A stretch of DNA of 64,000 bases, from positions 2,784,001 to 2,848,000 of the forward strand of contig JAXHMG010000003.1 in NCBI GenBank assembly GCA_034521595.1, given 5' to 3'. The translations under genes and the position numbers were made by a program. Below are positions 39,165-48,051 of this stretch, piece by piece. Position 1 is the first letter of the stretch; every line of letters begins with the position of its first letter. Below the pieces are notes generated by a model that was not told the DNA's origin, did no database searches, and was given only the letters and a program-made list of their open reading frames with translations. Source of the stretch: Gemmatimonadota bacterium. GTDB lineage: Bacteria; Gemmatimonadota; Gemmatimonadetes; Longimicrobiales; Gaopeijiaceae.

Positions 39165-41408
39165 GTGCAGCCCACGGACACACCCGCCGGAAGACAGCCT
39201 GCCGAAGGCGCCGCGCGCATCCTCGTGGCCGACGATCGTGCCCCCACGCGAGAAGCCGCGATGCGGATCCTCTCGAAGGCTGGATTCGACGTGCGTGGCG
39301 CCGAAGACGGACCCGGTGCCCTCGAGAGCATCGAGTCGTGGGGTCCGGACCTGGTCCTGCTCGACGTCGTCATGCCGGGTATGGACGGCCTCGAGGTACT
39401 CGAGCGAGTACGGGCACGGTTCGAGTTCGCGGATACCGTGATGGTGCTTCTCAGCTCCTTTCGTCTGAGCCCCGAGGACCAGGCGAAAGGGCTCGAAGCC
39501 GGCGCTGACGGCTACATCGCACGACCCGTAGATCATCAGGAGCTGCTGGCACGGGTACGTACGCACCTCCGTACCCAGCAGCTGGCACGCGAGCTGAGGG
39601 CGAGCGAGCAACGCTTCCGGGACCTCCTCGACAACCAGCCCGATGGCGTGTTGGTCGTGGACGAAGCCGGGATCATCCAGTTCGCGAACCCGGCAGCCGA
39701 GAAGCTGCTGAGTCGGCCGGCACGCGAGCTCATCGGCACGGACTTCGGCTTCCCCCTCACGGCGGGCGCCGAGACGGAGCTCGATCTCACGTCCTCCGAG
39801 GGCACCCGGGTGGTCGCCATGCGCGTCGGCGACACCACCTGGGACGGGCGAGCGGCCTGGCTCACGACGCTGCGCGACGAGACCCAGCGCCAGGCCGCGG
39901 CGGAACGCATGGCCGAACAAGCGGAGCTGCTCGACCGCGCTCAGGACGCCATCTTCACCTTGAACCTCGACGGGACCATCCGGTTCTGGAACGAGGGCGC
40001 ACAGCACCTCTACGGGTGGCCTCCCGACGAAGTGGAGGGCCAGTCCGTGCATACCCTGCTCTTCCCGAGCCCACAGGAAGGGGAGGTCATCATGGCTCAG
40101 GTGCTGGAGCAGACGGACTGGCGGGGAGAGATGGAGCAGTGTCGTCGTAATGGGAGCACCGTCACGGTCGAGGGCCGATGGTCCGTGGTCCCCGACGAGA
40201 ACGGCGAACCGGCGCGTATCCTGTGCGTGAACACGGATGTGACGGAACAGAAGGAGCTCCTGAGCCAGTTTCTGCGAGCGCAGCGGATGGAAAGCGTGGG
40301 GAGGCTCGCCGGCGGGATCGCCCACGATTTGAACAACGTTCTGGCCCCCATCTTGATGTCCATCGAGATGCTCCAGGAGGACACGGTCGACCCCGAGACG
40401 CTCGAGATCCTCGCCACGGTCCAGGAGAGCGCCCAGCGGGGCGCCGACCTCGTCAAGCAGGTCTTGCTCTTCTCCCGGGGCGTGGGAGGGGCCCGCATCG
40501 CCGTGGACGTGGCCAAAACGCTACAGGACCTCGGAAGGGTGGTCCGAGACACCTTCCCGAAGACCATCCAGCTCGAGTCCCGCATTCCGGACGACCTCTG
40601 GAAGATCAAGGGCGACCCCACGCAGATCCATCAGGTCTTCATGAACCTGTTCGTGAACGCACGGGACGCCATGCCGCAAGGAGGCCGGCTTCGCTTGGAA
40701 GCGGCCAACATGACGCTCGACGAACAGTACATGGCCATGATTGGCGAGGCCACCGCCGGGCCGCATGTCCGGGTCACGATCACCGACACCGGCGTCGGAA
40801 TGAGCGCGGAAGTGCTCGAGATGGCCTTCGAGCCCTTCTTCACCACGAAGGAAGTGGGGAGCGGAACGGGCCTCGGCCTGTCGACGGTCGCGGCCATCAT
40901 CAAGTCCCACGGGGGACTCATGAACCTCTCGTCGGAGCCCCGGAAAGGGACAACCTTCCAGGTTTTCCTCCCCGCCGAGCAGAGTGAAGCGACGGTCGAG
41001 CCCGCGAGCCCTCCGGTCGAGCGCCTCCTGGGATGCGGCGAGCTCATCCTCGTCGTTGATGACGAACGCTCCATCCGAAGCATCACGCAGCAGACGCTCG
41101 AAGCGTTCGGTTACAGAGCCGTCACGGCGTTGGACGGCGCCGACGCACTGGCCGTCTACGGCATGCGCGGCCAGGAGATCTCGGCAGTGCTCGTGGACAT
41201 GATGATGCCCGTCATGGACGGGACGACCACCATCCGGGCGTTGCGCCGGATCGATCCGGACGTCCCGATCCTCGCATCGAGCGGCGTGGCCGAACACAGT
41301 GAGGTTGCACGCATGGATGAGCTCGCTGTCGGCTACTTCCTTTCGAAACCCTACACTGCGACGGATCTGCTCACGGCGCTCAAGGAAGTGCTGCCGGACG
41401 CAGAATGA
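39165..41408 (+). CDS. Hybrid histidine kinase REC-PAS-PAS-HisKA-HATPase-REC
   Basis: N-terminal LLDVVMP, FANPAAE, FWNEGA, GGIAHDLNN, GSGTGLGL and VDMMMP. Confidence 0.92.
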   Translation: MQPTDTPAGRQPAEGAARILVADDRAPTREAAMRILSKAGFDVRGAEDGPGALESIESWGPDLVLLDVVMPGMDGLEVLERVRARFEFADTVMVLLSSFRLSPEDQAKGLEAGADGYIARPVDHQELLARVRTHLRTQQLARELRASEQRFRDLLDNQPDGVLVVDEAGIIQFANPAAEKLLSRPARELIGTDFGFPLTAGAETELDLTSSEGTRVVAMRVGDTTWDGRAAWLTTLRDETQRQAAAERMAEQAELLDRAQDAIFTLNLDGTIRFWNEGAQHLYGWPPDEVEGQSVHTLLFPSPQEGEVIMAQVLEQTDWRGEMEQCRRNGSTVTVEGRWSVVPDENGEPARILCVNTDVTEQKELLSQFLRAQRMESVGRLAGGIAHDLNNVLAPILMSIEMLQEDTVDPETLEILATVQESAQRGADLVKQVLLFSRGVGGARIAVDVAKTLQDLGRVVRDTFPKTIQLESRIPDDLWKIKGDPTQIHQVFMNLFVNARDAMPQGGRLRLEAANMTLDEQYMAMIGEATAGPHVRVTITDTGVGMSAEVLEMAFEPFFTTKEVGSGTGLGLSTVAAIIKSHGGLMNLSSEPRKGTTFQVFLPAEQSEATVEPASPPVERLLGCGELILVVDDERSIRSITQQTLEAFGYRAVTALDGADALAVYGMRGQEISAVLVDMMMPVMDGTTTIRALRRIDPDVPILASSGVAEHSEVARMDELAVGYFLSKPYTATDLLTALKEVLPDAE

Positions 41409-41420
41409 ATCGATGTGTGG

Positions 41421-42707
41421 TCAGCCGGTAACGCGGCCTCCGACCTGCTCGGCGGACCACTCGAGCAGCTCGTGCACTGCCTCGACCCACGCGTCGGAGA
41501 AACGTTCGCTGTCCGTAAACCAGGCCTGTACGGAATCGAGCGCCCCAACCACACCCCCGCGGTCGTCCGCCACGGCGGCGGCGAGCACCGTCCCCGCGCC
41601 GGGAATGCGGCCGCGCTCATTTTCGGGAAGACTCCGCGTGAAATGTTCGTCGGCCACGGCGAGCCCGTCGTCATCCATGAACCGGGTCCGCATGTCCCGC
41701 AGCGTCTTGGCGGCCGAGGCGAGCGAGGCGTAGCGACCGGGAGTCGCCGTGGAAACGTGCGCGACCAACTCATCGTGGAGCAGCTGCAGATGGCGCTCCA
41801 GGAGGAGTAGCGGCATGCCTCTCGCGGCCAACACGTGCCCGAGCCAGAGCACCCGCTCGATCGCCCTCGACTCGGGGATCCGGGCCAGCGTCACGAGCCA
41901 CGCGCTGTCGCTGCGAGTGAACGCGAGCCCTCGGTCGCCGTATCGCGCCGCGTAGTACGGGAACGCGTCCCATGACCGCTCGCCCGCCCGCAACGCGACG
42001 TCCAGCTCGTCGTCCTCGACCGTCACGCGATGTGTGCCGGCCTCCGGGTTCAGCTCGAGAGCGGGAACCCACGCCGTCGTATCCGGAACCGGATGGATTA
42101 CGCTCATGACCGCCTCGATGCCCTCGAAGACCACGAGCGCCGCTTCGCCCGCTTCCTGACGCTCCCCTTCCGAGACGGACGTACCGTCGAGCCGCTCCAC
42201 GAAGCGAGCCCATTCGGGGCTCGCCTCCTCCTCTCGGCCGAAAAAGAACGTCAAGTCCCGCTTGTTGTAGGCGCCCGGACCGCGAACCATGCCCTGACCC
42301 AGAAGTCTCCCTCCGAGAAGGGACCCTCGAAACGTATAGAGGCAGCCGAGCAGACCCCCCGCCCGAGCCGGATCCATGCGGCGGATGCGATGCGCCAGCA
42401 GGTGCGCCCGGACCTCCGCGAGCGAACAGGTTTGCGGTCCCTCCGAGCCGAGCGTCTCCAGGTCACGGGCGGCCAGTTCGGAACGCGACAGGGAGGCCTG
42501 CTTGAACGGCTCGATGCGCGGATCCGTCGCCGCTTCGAGGAGCTCTTCGAAGCTCCGCCAGATCGTGCGCATGGCACGTAGATAGGTCACCAGCGCATCG
42601 GCCGGAAGCGTCCCCTCTCGCAACGCCGTAGCGGAAGGAAGCGCATCGAGGCGCTCATGTGTCTCACGCGTCTCGGACTTGAGCCGATCTCTGAGGCCAG
42701 ATGTCAT
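41421..42707 (-). CDS. Biliverdin-producing heme oxygenase fused to a helical (putative globin-like) domain
   Basis: RLKSETRETH proximal His, Y-x-x-x-GSLLGG and W..F...LD, then about 200 extra aa (FPYYAARYGDRG...). Confidence 0.78.
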   Translation of the reverse strand: MTSGLRDRLKSETRETHERLDALPSATALREGTLPADALVTYLRAMRTIWRSFEELLEAATDPRIEPFKQASLSRSELAARDLETLGSEGPQTCSLAEVRAHLLAHRIRRMDPARAGGLLGCLYTFRGSLLGGRLLGQGMVRGPGAYNKRDLTFFFGREEEASPEWARFVERLDGTSVSEGERQEAGEAALVVFEGIEAVMSVIHPVPDTTAWVPALELNPEAGTHRVTVEDDELDVALRAGERSWDAFPYYAARYGDRGLAFTRSDSAWLVTLARIPESRAIERVLWLGHVLAARGMPLLLLERHLQLLHDELVAHVSTATPGRYASLASAAKTLRDMRTRFMDDDGLAVADEHFTRSLPENERGRIPGAGTVLAAAVADDRGGVVGALDSVQAWFTDSERFSDAWVEAVHELLEWSAEQVGGRVTG

Positions 42708-42911
42708 GGGTCCTTCAACAGGGGTTCCGCCAGAACAGCGGTCTTCGGTACCGTGCAGCCGCGACATCATGATGTCAACGCAAACCGACTCGACACGCAA
42801 CGGGAGGCAAGTGAAGCGGGATGGGAGAAGGCACGGGGGACGGAGGATAGCGAGCGATCGCGCAACACAATACATTGCGCCACTGACTTCGTCCTACCCG
42901 AGGAGGAGCCC

Positions 42912-43271
42912 ATGCCCGCCGTTCCCGACATCCAGCCCCTCGAAACCCGGACCGCGTCCCACCTCGACACCCTGCGGCACATCTTGGGCTCCGACCGCGC
43001 CATCGCCGAGTTGCTGGAGGTGTCGCCGTCGCAGGTGTCGCGGTGGCGACGGGGGCAGGTGCCGGACGACGAGAACGCCGACCGGCTCGGCGGCCTCGCG
43101 CTCGTGGTGGAGATGCTCGCGCGGTGGCTCCACCCGGACACCATCGAAGGGTGGCTTCACGGCCCGCACCTCCATTTGAACGACCGAACCCCGGCTCATC
43201 TGCTTCGCCAGGGCCGGGTGGCGGACGTGATCGGCGCGCTCGAAGCCGAAAAGGCCGGCGTCTTCGGTTGA
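42912..43271 (+). CDS. Xre/MbcA/ParS-type antitoxin
   Basis: HTH (AELLEVSPSQVSRW) and WLHGPHLHLNDRTP; AGGAGG RBS. Confidence 0.85.
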   Translation: MPAVPDIQPLETRTASHLDTLRHILGSDRAIAELLEVSPSQVSRWRRGQVPDDENADRLGGLALVVEMLARWLHPDTIEGWLHGPHLHLNDRTPAHLLRQGRVADVIGALEAEKAGVFG

Positions 43272-43281
43272 GCGCCCGCAC

Positions 43282-43887
43282 GTGAGCGCCCGCACGCTCT
43301 GGCGGGTCTTTCCCTGGGACGAGCGCGCATCCGAAGGAGACCGGTTCTCCCCTTCCTTCGTCCCCCCGCCGACCGGGCGAGGCCGGTTCGACCTGCCCCA
43401 CGACATCTCGCGGGTCCTCTACCTGGCCGAGAGCCCCGAGCACGCGGTCGCCGAGCTCCTGCACCCCTGGCGGGGCCGGAGCGTGGATGCTCGCCACCTG
43501 GTGCGCGCCGGACGCCCGCTGGCCGCGGTAGAAGTGCAGGTGGACGAGGACCGGAGCGGGACGAAAGTGGCCGACCTCTGCGAGCCCGACGTCCTCGTCG
43601 CGCTCGACGTCGCGCCCGACCGGACCGCCTCGAGGCACCGCACGCTCACCCAACCGATCGCACGCACCGTCTGGGACGCGGGGTTCGCGGGCCTGCGGTG
43701 GTGGTCGCGCTTCTGGGGCGACTGGCACACGACCGTGCTCTTCACCGCCCGGCTGGAGGAGGGAGTGGCGGAGCGCGGAGGCGGGGTCGCGCGCCCGCTC
43801 AGCTTCGGGACCCCCGAGCCGCTCACCCCCACATCGCCCGCCGTCGCCGAAGCGGCGCGGGCGTTGGGGATCGCGGTCGAGGGCTGA
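43282..43887 (+). CDS. RES domain toxin
   Basis: LWRV, GRFD, LYLAES...AVAE and GLRWWS. Confidence 0.85.
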   Translation: MSARTLWRVFPWDERASEGDRFSPSFVPPPTGRGRFDLPHDISRVLYLAESPEHAVAELLHPWRGRSVDARHLVRAGRPLAAVEVQVDEDRSGTKVADLCEPDVLVALDVAPDRTASRHRTLTQPIARTVWDAGFAGLRWWSRFWGDWHTTVLFTARLEEGVAERGGGVARPLSFGTPEPLTPTSPAVAEAARALGIAVEG

Positions 43888-43993
43888 GTCGGCCCCGACA
43901 GGGGGCGCCGCCTTGCCCGCCGGCCGAAGCACCCATATCCTCGCATGCGCCTCCCCCACCAATATCGTACCTGTCCCCTCCGGGAGGTCCCGC

Positions 43994-44554
43994 ATGGCTG
44001 TTCGTTTTGCGTCCGACGACCCCGGCGCGCTCGAGACCGTTCTCTCGATTCTGCCGCAGTTGATCCTCATCGTCGACGAGGAGCTGACCCTCCGCTACAT
44101 GAACCGGCCGCAAGGCGGATATCGGCCGGACCAGGTGGTCGGCATGAGCATCTTCGAGGTCGTCGACCCGGAGTATCGCGACGAGGTGCGCAGCCTCCTC
44201 GAGGGTGTGTTCGCTTCCGGGGAGCCCGCGGTCTACGAGGTCGCGGCGCTCAATGCCCAGGGCGAGCGGCAGTGGCACGAAGGTGTCATGCTGCATCTTC
44301 CCGGTGAGGACATGGAGCCCACGGTCGTCATCTCCACGACGAACGTGACGGAGCGGCGGCAACTCCAAGAGGAGGCGGCGACGCTGCGGTCCCTCATCCC
44401 CCTGTGCTCCTGGTGCAAGCGGGTCCGTACGGACAGCGGCTACTGGGCGACCGTGGAATCCTACCTCGAACGGGCCGGGAAGTCCCGGGTCACCCACAGC
44501 CTCTGCACGACCTGCGAGGCCACCATGCTCGACGCGGCGTCCGGGGATCGCTGA
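43994..44554 (+). CDS. PAS protein with C-terminal Cys-rich domain
   Basis: PAS (RYMNR, VVGMSIFEVVDPE) followed by IPLCSWCKRVR...GYW...THSLCTTC. Confidence 0.78.
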   Translation: MAVRFASDDPGALETVLSILPQLILIVDEELTLRYMNRPQGGYRPDQVVGMSIFEVVDPEYRDEVRSLLEGVFASGEPAVYEVAALNAQGERQWHEGVMLHLPGEDMEPTVVISTTNVTERRQLQEEAATLRSLIPLCSWCKRVRTDSGYWATVESYLERAGKSRVTHSLCTTCEATMLDAASGDR

Positions 44555-44677
44555 GGGGGCCGAACGGGCCGGCCCGACCCGTAGAGGATCCCGTAAGGGG
44601 TGACTCGGCTGAGCCCCACGGGCAGTGGTGGGTGATGTTCGACGGATGACCACTGAATGGTGGTCGACGGAAAGGCT

Positions 44678-45100
44678 TCAGTCGGTGGAAGAAGCGAGCG
44701 TGGCCAAGAGTTGCTTGGGTGTCACGACGGGGATCGAGGAGGACTGGAAATCGGACGGGTTCCGAGTCACGAGGTAGTCCGCGCTCGCGCGCTGAGCGGA
44801 TACACCCTGAACCGCGTCCTCGACGTCGCCCCAGCCCAGGGAGAGTGCCCGAAGGAGGACGTCCTGATCCAGGGGCGTCACCGTGACGTGATCTAGAAGG
44901 TCGATGAGAGCCGCCACAGCGCGTTTGTGACCGAGATGCTTGGAGGCGAGGTAGTAGAGCGTCGTCACCGAGTGGGCCGCGACAAGCCCTTCGACCTCGA
45001 TGCCGTCCAGGAGGGAGAGCACGGTCGCGGAATCCTCCACCCACGGCTCCCGAGCCGCCAGGACATCGAGGATGACGTTGATGTCCAGGAAGAGGCGCAT
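44678..45100 (-). CDS. PIN-domain toxin
   Basis: FLDINVILD, DVEDAVQ and VTRNPSDF. Confidence 0.88.
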   Translation of the reverse strand: MRLFLDINVILDVLAAREPWVEDSATVLSLLDGIEVEGLVAAHSVTTLYYLASKHLGHKRAVAALIDLLDHVTVTPLDQDVLLRALSLGWGDVEDAVQGVSAQRASADYLVTRNPSDFQSSSIPVVTPKQLLATLASSTD

Positions 45101-45342
45101 CAGGAATGCTTCTGCTCGAGGTGGCGCCGGTAGTCTTCCACGGACGTATCGCTCGGCAGGATGCCGCGAAGCCGCCGCACCCACGGAGCCAATGTCGGCT
45201 CGGATGGAGCGTCGAGTTGGCGCAGGTAGGAGGTGACGAGTTGGGAAATGCTCGTGTTGTGCCGAGTGCTGTAGCGGCGGGCCCGTTCGATCACCTGCTC
45301 ATCGACGCTGAGAGTGAGCTTTTTCTTGGAAGTCATCATCAC
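45100..45342 (-). CDS. DUF6364-like RHH antitoxin
   Basis: KKLTLSVDEQVIERARRY...SISQLV; abuts the PIN gene. Confidence 0.82.
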   Translation of the reverse strand: MMMTSKKKLTLSVDEQVIERARRYSTRHNTSISQLVTSYLRQLDAPSEPTLAPWVRRLRGILPSDTSVEDYRRHLEQKHS

Positions 45343-45354
45343 TCCGCCGGAGTC

Positions 45355-45386
45355 TATACGTATACACTACCTCAAGATATACGTAC
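45355..45386. promoter_or_regulatory. Paired TATACGTA boxes, candidate TA operator
   Basis: Palindrome TATACGTATA at 45355 and TATACGTAC at 45378. Confidence 0.55.
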
Positions 45387-45468
45387 AACACAAGGAGGGG
45401 AAGCGCCCATCCAGGTAGCGCATGCGTAATCGGCCGCGCGCGTACCCCGAGGAGATCCTCCCACCCGC

Positions 45469-46593
45469 CTACCCGACCGGCAGCGACAGCACGAACCGCG
45501 CTCCGACCGGCTCCGCGTCTTCCACCCGGACCGTGCCGCCGTGCGCCTCGGCGACCATCCGGCAGAACCGCAGTCCGAGCCCGCGACTGTCGGCGACCCG
45601 GCGCCCCGAGCCGCGCTCGAGCCGCGTGTACTTCTCGAAGATCCGCTCCCGGAGCTCTTCGGGGACGCCCGGTCCTTCGTCCTGCACGGAGAGGCGAACG
45701 TCTCCGCCGGGCCCCGCTTCGGCTTCGAGCAGGATCCGCCCGCCGTCGGGGCCGTACTTCACGCAGTTGTCGACCAGGTTCGAGAGCACCCGGAAGAGCA
45801 ACGAATGGTCACAGGCGACGGCGAGCTCGTCGGTGACGGGCGCGACCTCGATGCCCGGTGCCCGCGCGCGGACGGCACGGGCGACCTCGTGGATAAGCTC
45901 GCCCGCCGGGACCGTCTCGCGTTCGATCTCGAGGCGCCCGTCCTCGGCCAACTGGAGGTCCAGCAGATCGAGCGCCATGCGGTGCATGCGCTCGGCCGCG
46001 CCACGGATCTCGGCCGCGTCGGCGCGCACCTGTTCGGCGTCCAGGTCGTCCGCCGTCTCCAGCAACTCGGCCAGCGCCATGACCGTCGTGATCGGGCTCT
46101 TCAGGTCGTGGACGACGAAGCCGTTGAGCTCCTCCTTGAGACGCTGCGTCTCGCGGAGCTCCTGGTTCGTGCACACCAGGTCCGCCCGGGCCCTGGCCAG
46201 GGCACTGACGTCGCGAAAGATGACCACGGCGCCGTTGATCGAGCCGCCGTCTCCCCGGAGCGGCCGCGCCGAGCATTCGATCGTCACCTCGTCCGCCAGC
46301 TCCGGGTTGCGGATGAGCATCTCGACATCATCGGGCTCTTCACCCGCGAGCGCCCGAACCAGGGGATAGTCGGCTTCCGGGAAGGGGGTGTCGGTGCCCG
46401 GAACGAAGACCCCGTAGTGGTCGGCCCACTCCGAGGGCGGCCGGTCCGTCCGCATGATTCCGAGGATGCGGTCGGCCACTCCGTTGGAGTATAGGATGCG
46501 GCCATCCGTGTTCGCGATCGACACGCCGCTCGCGAGCGCCTCGAGGACGGCATGGACGTTCGCCGAGGAAAGGTCCCCCGGGAGCTTGGTCAT
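45469..46593 (-). CDS. PAS-domain histidine kinase
   Basis: YSNGVA PAS, VHDLKSP, NCVKY, DEGPG and GLGL. Confidence 0.9.
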   Translation of the reverse strand: MTKLPGDLSSANVHAVLEALASGVSIANTDGRILYSNGVADRILGIMRTDRPPSEWADHYGVFVPGTDTPFPEADYPLVRALAGEEPDDVEMLIRNPELADEVTIECSARPLRGDGGSINGAVVIFRDVSALARARADLVCTNQELRETQRLKEELNGFVVHDLKSPITTVMALAELLETADDLDAEQVRADAAEIRGAAERMHRMALDLLDLQLAEDGRLEIERETVPAGELIHEVARAVRARAPGIEVAPVTDELAVACDHSLLFRVLSNLVDNCVKYGPDGGRILLEAEAGPGGDVRLSVQDEGPGVPEELRERIFEKYTRLERGSGRRVADSRGLGLRFCRMVAEAHGGTVRVEDAEPVGARFVLSLPVG

Positions 46594-46823
46594 AGGACAC
46601 ACGTGGGCTGTGTTGGAGCAGGGAGGTGCTCGGAACGCCTTGGGGGGGGCAGCCTCAGTTTACCCATAGCGCCGCCCGGGGCCATGACGCCGTCGGATCG
46701 GAGGGATTCCGTGCTCCAGCGGTCTCGATCCACGCACCGCACCCCCACCCCGGGTGGCGTGAACGCCCCACCCCCCACAGATTGACGAAGATTAAATTAG
46801 GTGTCCCTCAATCTGGAGGTACC

Positions 46824-47276
46824 ATGACCAGCGCGCGTTCGACCTTCCTCGCCATGGGCATGAGCTTGCTCCTCGTCGCGTGTGGCGGCGACGACGATCC
46901 TACCGGCGTCAACGGAGGAAACGGCAACGGGGACGACGACATGGTGCTCGACAACCCGTCGTTCGCCGACGACATCAACCCGATCTTCTCCGAGCAGGGC
47001 TGCTCGGCGAGCCAGTGCCACGGCGGGGGCGAGGCCGGCCTCACGCTGAGCTCGGACGCCGCCGCCAACCGGGCCGAGCTCGTGGACGTGGCGTCGACCC
47101 AGGAGTCCGAGTTCCTGCGCGTCGATCCCGGGGACGCCGAGAACAGCTACCTCGTCATCAAGCTCGAGGGCCGGCAGAGCGTCGGGGACCAGATGCCGCT
47201 CGACCAGTCACCGATCGACGACATCGACCTCGGCAACATCCGCAACTGGATCGACAACGGGGCGCCGGACAACTGA
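46824..47276 (+). CDS. Lipoprotein with cytochrome c-like domain (CX4CH)
   Basis: LVAC lipobox, SFADDINPIF, CSASQCH, PGDAENSYL, QMP and WIDNGA. Confidence 0.75.
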   Translation: MTSARSTFLAMGMSLLLVACGGDDDPTGVNGGNGNGDDDMVLDNPSFADDINPIFSEQGCSASQCHGGGEAGLTLSSDAAANRAELVDVASTQESEFLRVDPGDAENSYLVIKLEGRQSVGDQMPLDQSPIDDIDLGNIRNWIDNGAPDN

Positions 47277-47354
47277 GCGAGGCACCGGTAGAGGATGAGG
47301 CTCTCACCGGCTCGGTGGGCTGACTTCGTCCCATCCCACCATCTGCAGCACCGA

Positions 47355-47430
47355 CGGCCGGCCCCAACCTGAGGGGTCGGCCGTTTCTCTCGCCTGGAGG
47401 TCACCGCGCGACTCGCTGGGCTCGGACTCC
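47355..47430 (+). repeat. 76-bp direct repeat copy 1, starting with a terminator-like hairpin
   Basis: Five mismatches to 48052-48127; CGGCCGGCCCC...GGGGTCGGCCG followed by TTTCTCT. Confidence 0.85.
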
Positions 47431-47459
47431 ACGGATATCCTCGTCCTGGGAGCCTGTGA

Positions 47460-47636
47460 CTCCTCAACCACCGACGACACCCGAAGGTCGCGGACGATCA
47501 TCCTGATATGGCCGTCCGCCAGCGGTACGCTTATGTTCTCGTCCAGAAGGGCCGAGACTTGAAGCCCGGCGCGGCCGCCACGGTAAAGGCCGCTCTGGAG
47601 TTCCTCGACGCCTGGGAGAAATCTGATGTCGAATAG
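47460..47636 (+). pseudogene. 5'-truncated HicA-like toxin fragment
   Basis: Open frame ...HRRHPK...VQKGRDLKPG...VKAALEFLD overlapping the hicB start. Confidence 0.4.
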
Positions 47637-48021
47637 CGTGAAAGAGTACCTGCGCCTCCCGTACACCAGGAGGGCCGAGAAGATAGAGAACGAGGGCGTG
47701 ACGGAGTTCGTCGCGTATGTTGAAGAGATCCCGTGGGTCCGGGTTCACGCGGACGAGCGGGAGGAAGCCTACTTTCTGCTCGGGGAGAGCCTCGAAGATG
47801 CATTACAGGCCATGATCGACGCGGGCGACGAGATTCCGATCCCGGCCGGAACCTTTGAGCGCTATGGTGAGCCCCACAGCACCGAGTCGGCCCCGGACAA
47901 GCCGCGGTGGTCGACGAGTATGCAGCCCGATGCGATAAACTTCGAGCCCGACTACGAGACCGAGAGTTGGGCGTCAGGAAACGTAGACCCGGAACGGGCG
48001 CTCACGAGCGAGATTGCCTAA
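47626..48021 (+). CDS. HicB family antitoxin
   Basis: YLRLPY, FVAYVEEIP, EEA...L and GDEIPIP. Confidence 0.8.
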   Translation: MSNSVKEYLRLPYTRRAEKIENEGVTEFVAYVEEIPWVRVHADEREEAYFLLGESLEDALQAMIDAGDEIPIPAGTFERYGEPHSTESAPDKPRWSTSMQPDAINFEPDYETESWASGNVDPERALTSEIA

Positions 48022-48051
48022 CAGCGCCCATCCAGTCATTCCCGACGTGAG

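Noticed and set aside
47299-47343. Possible tRNA/tmRNA 3' end (TTCGTCCCATCCCACCA) before the hairpin
   Set aside because: No cloverleaf or proper T-loop could be built.
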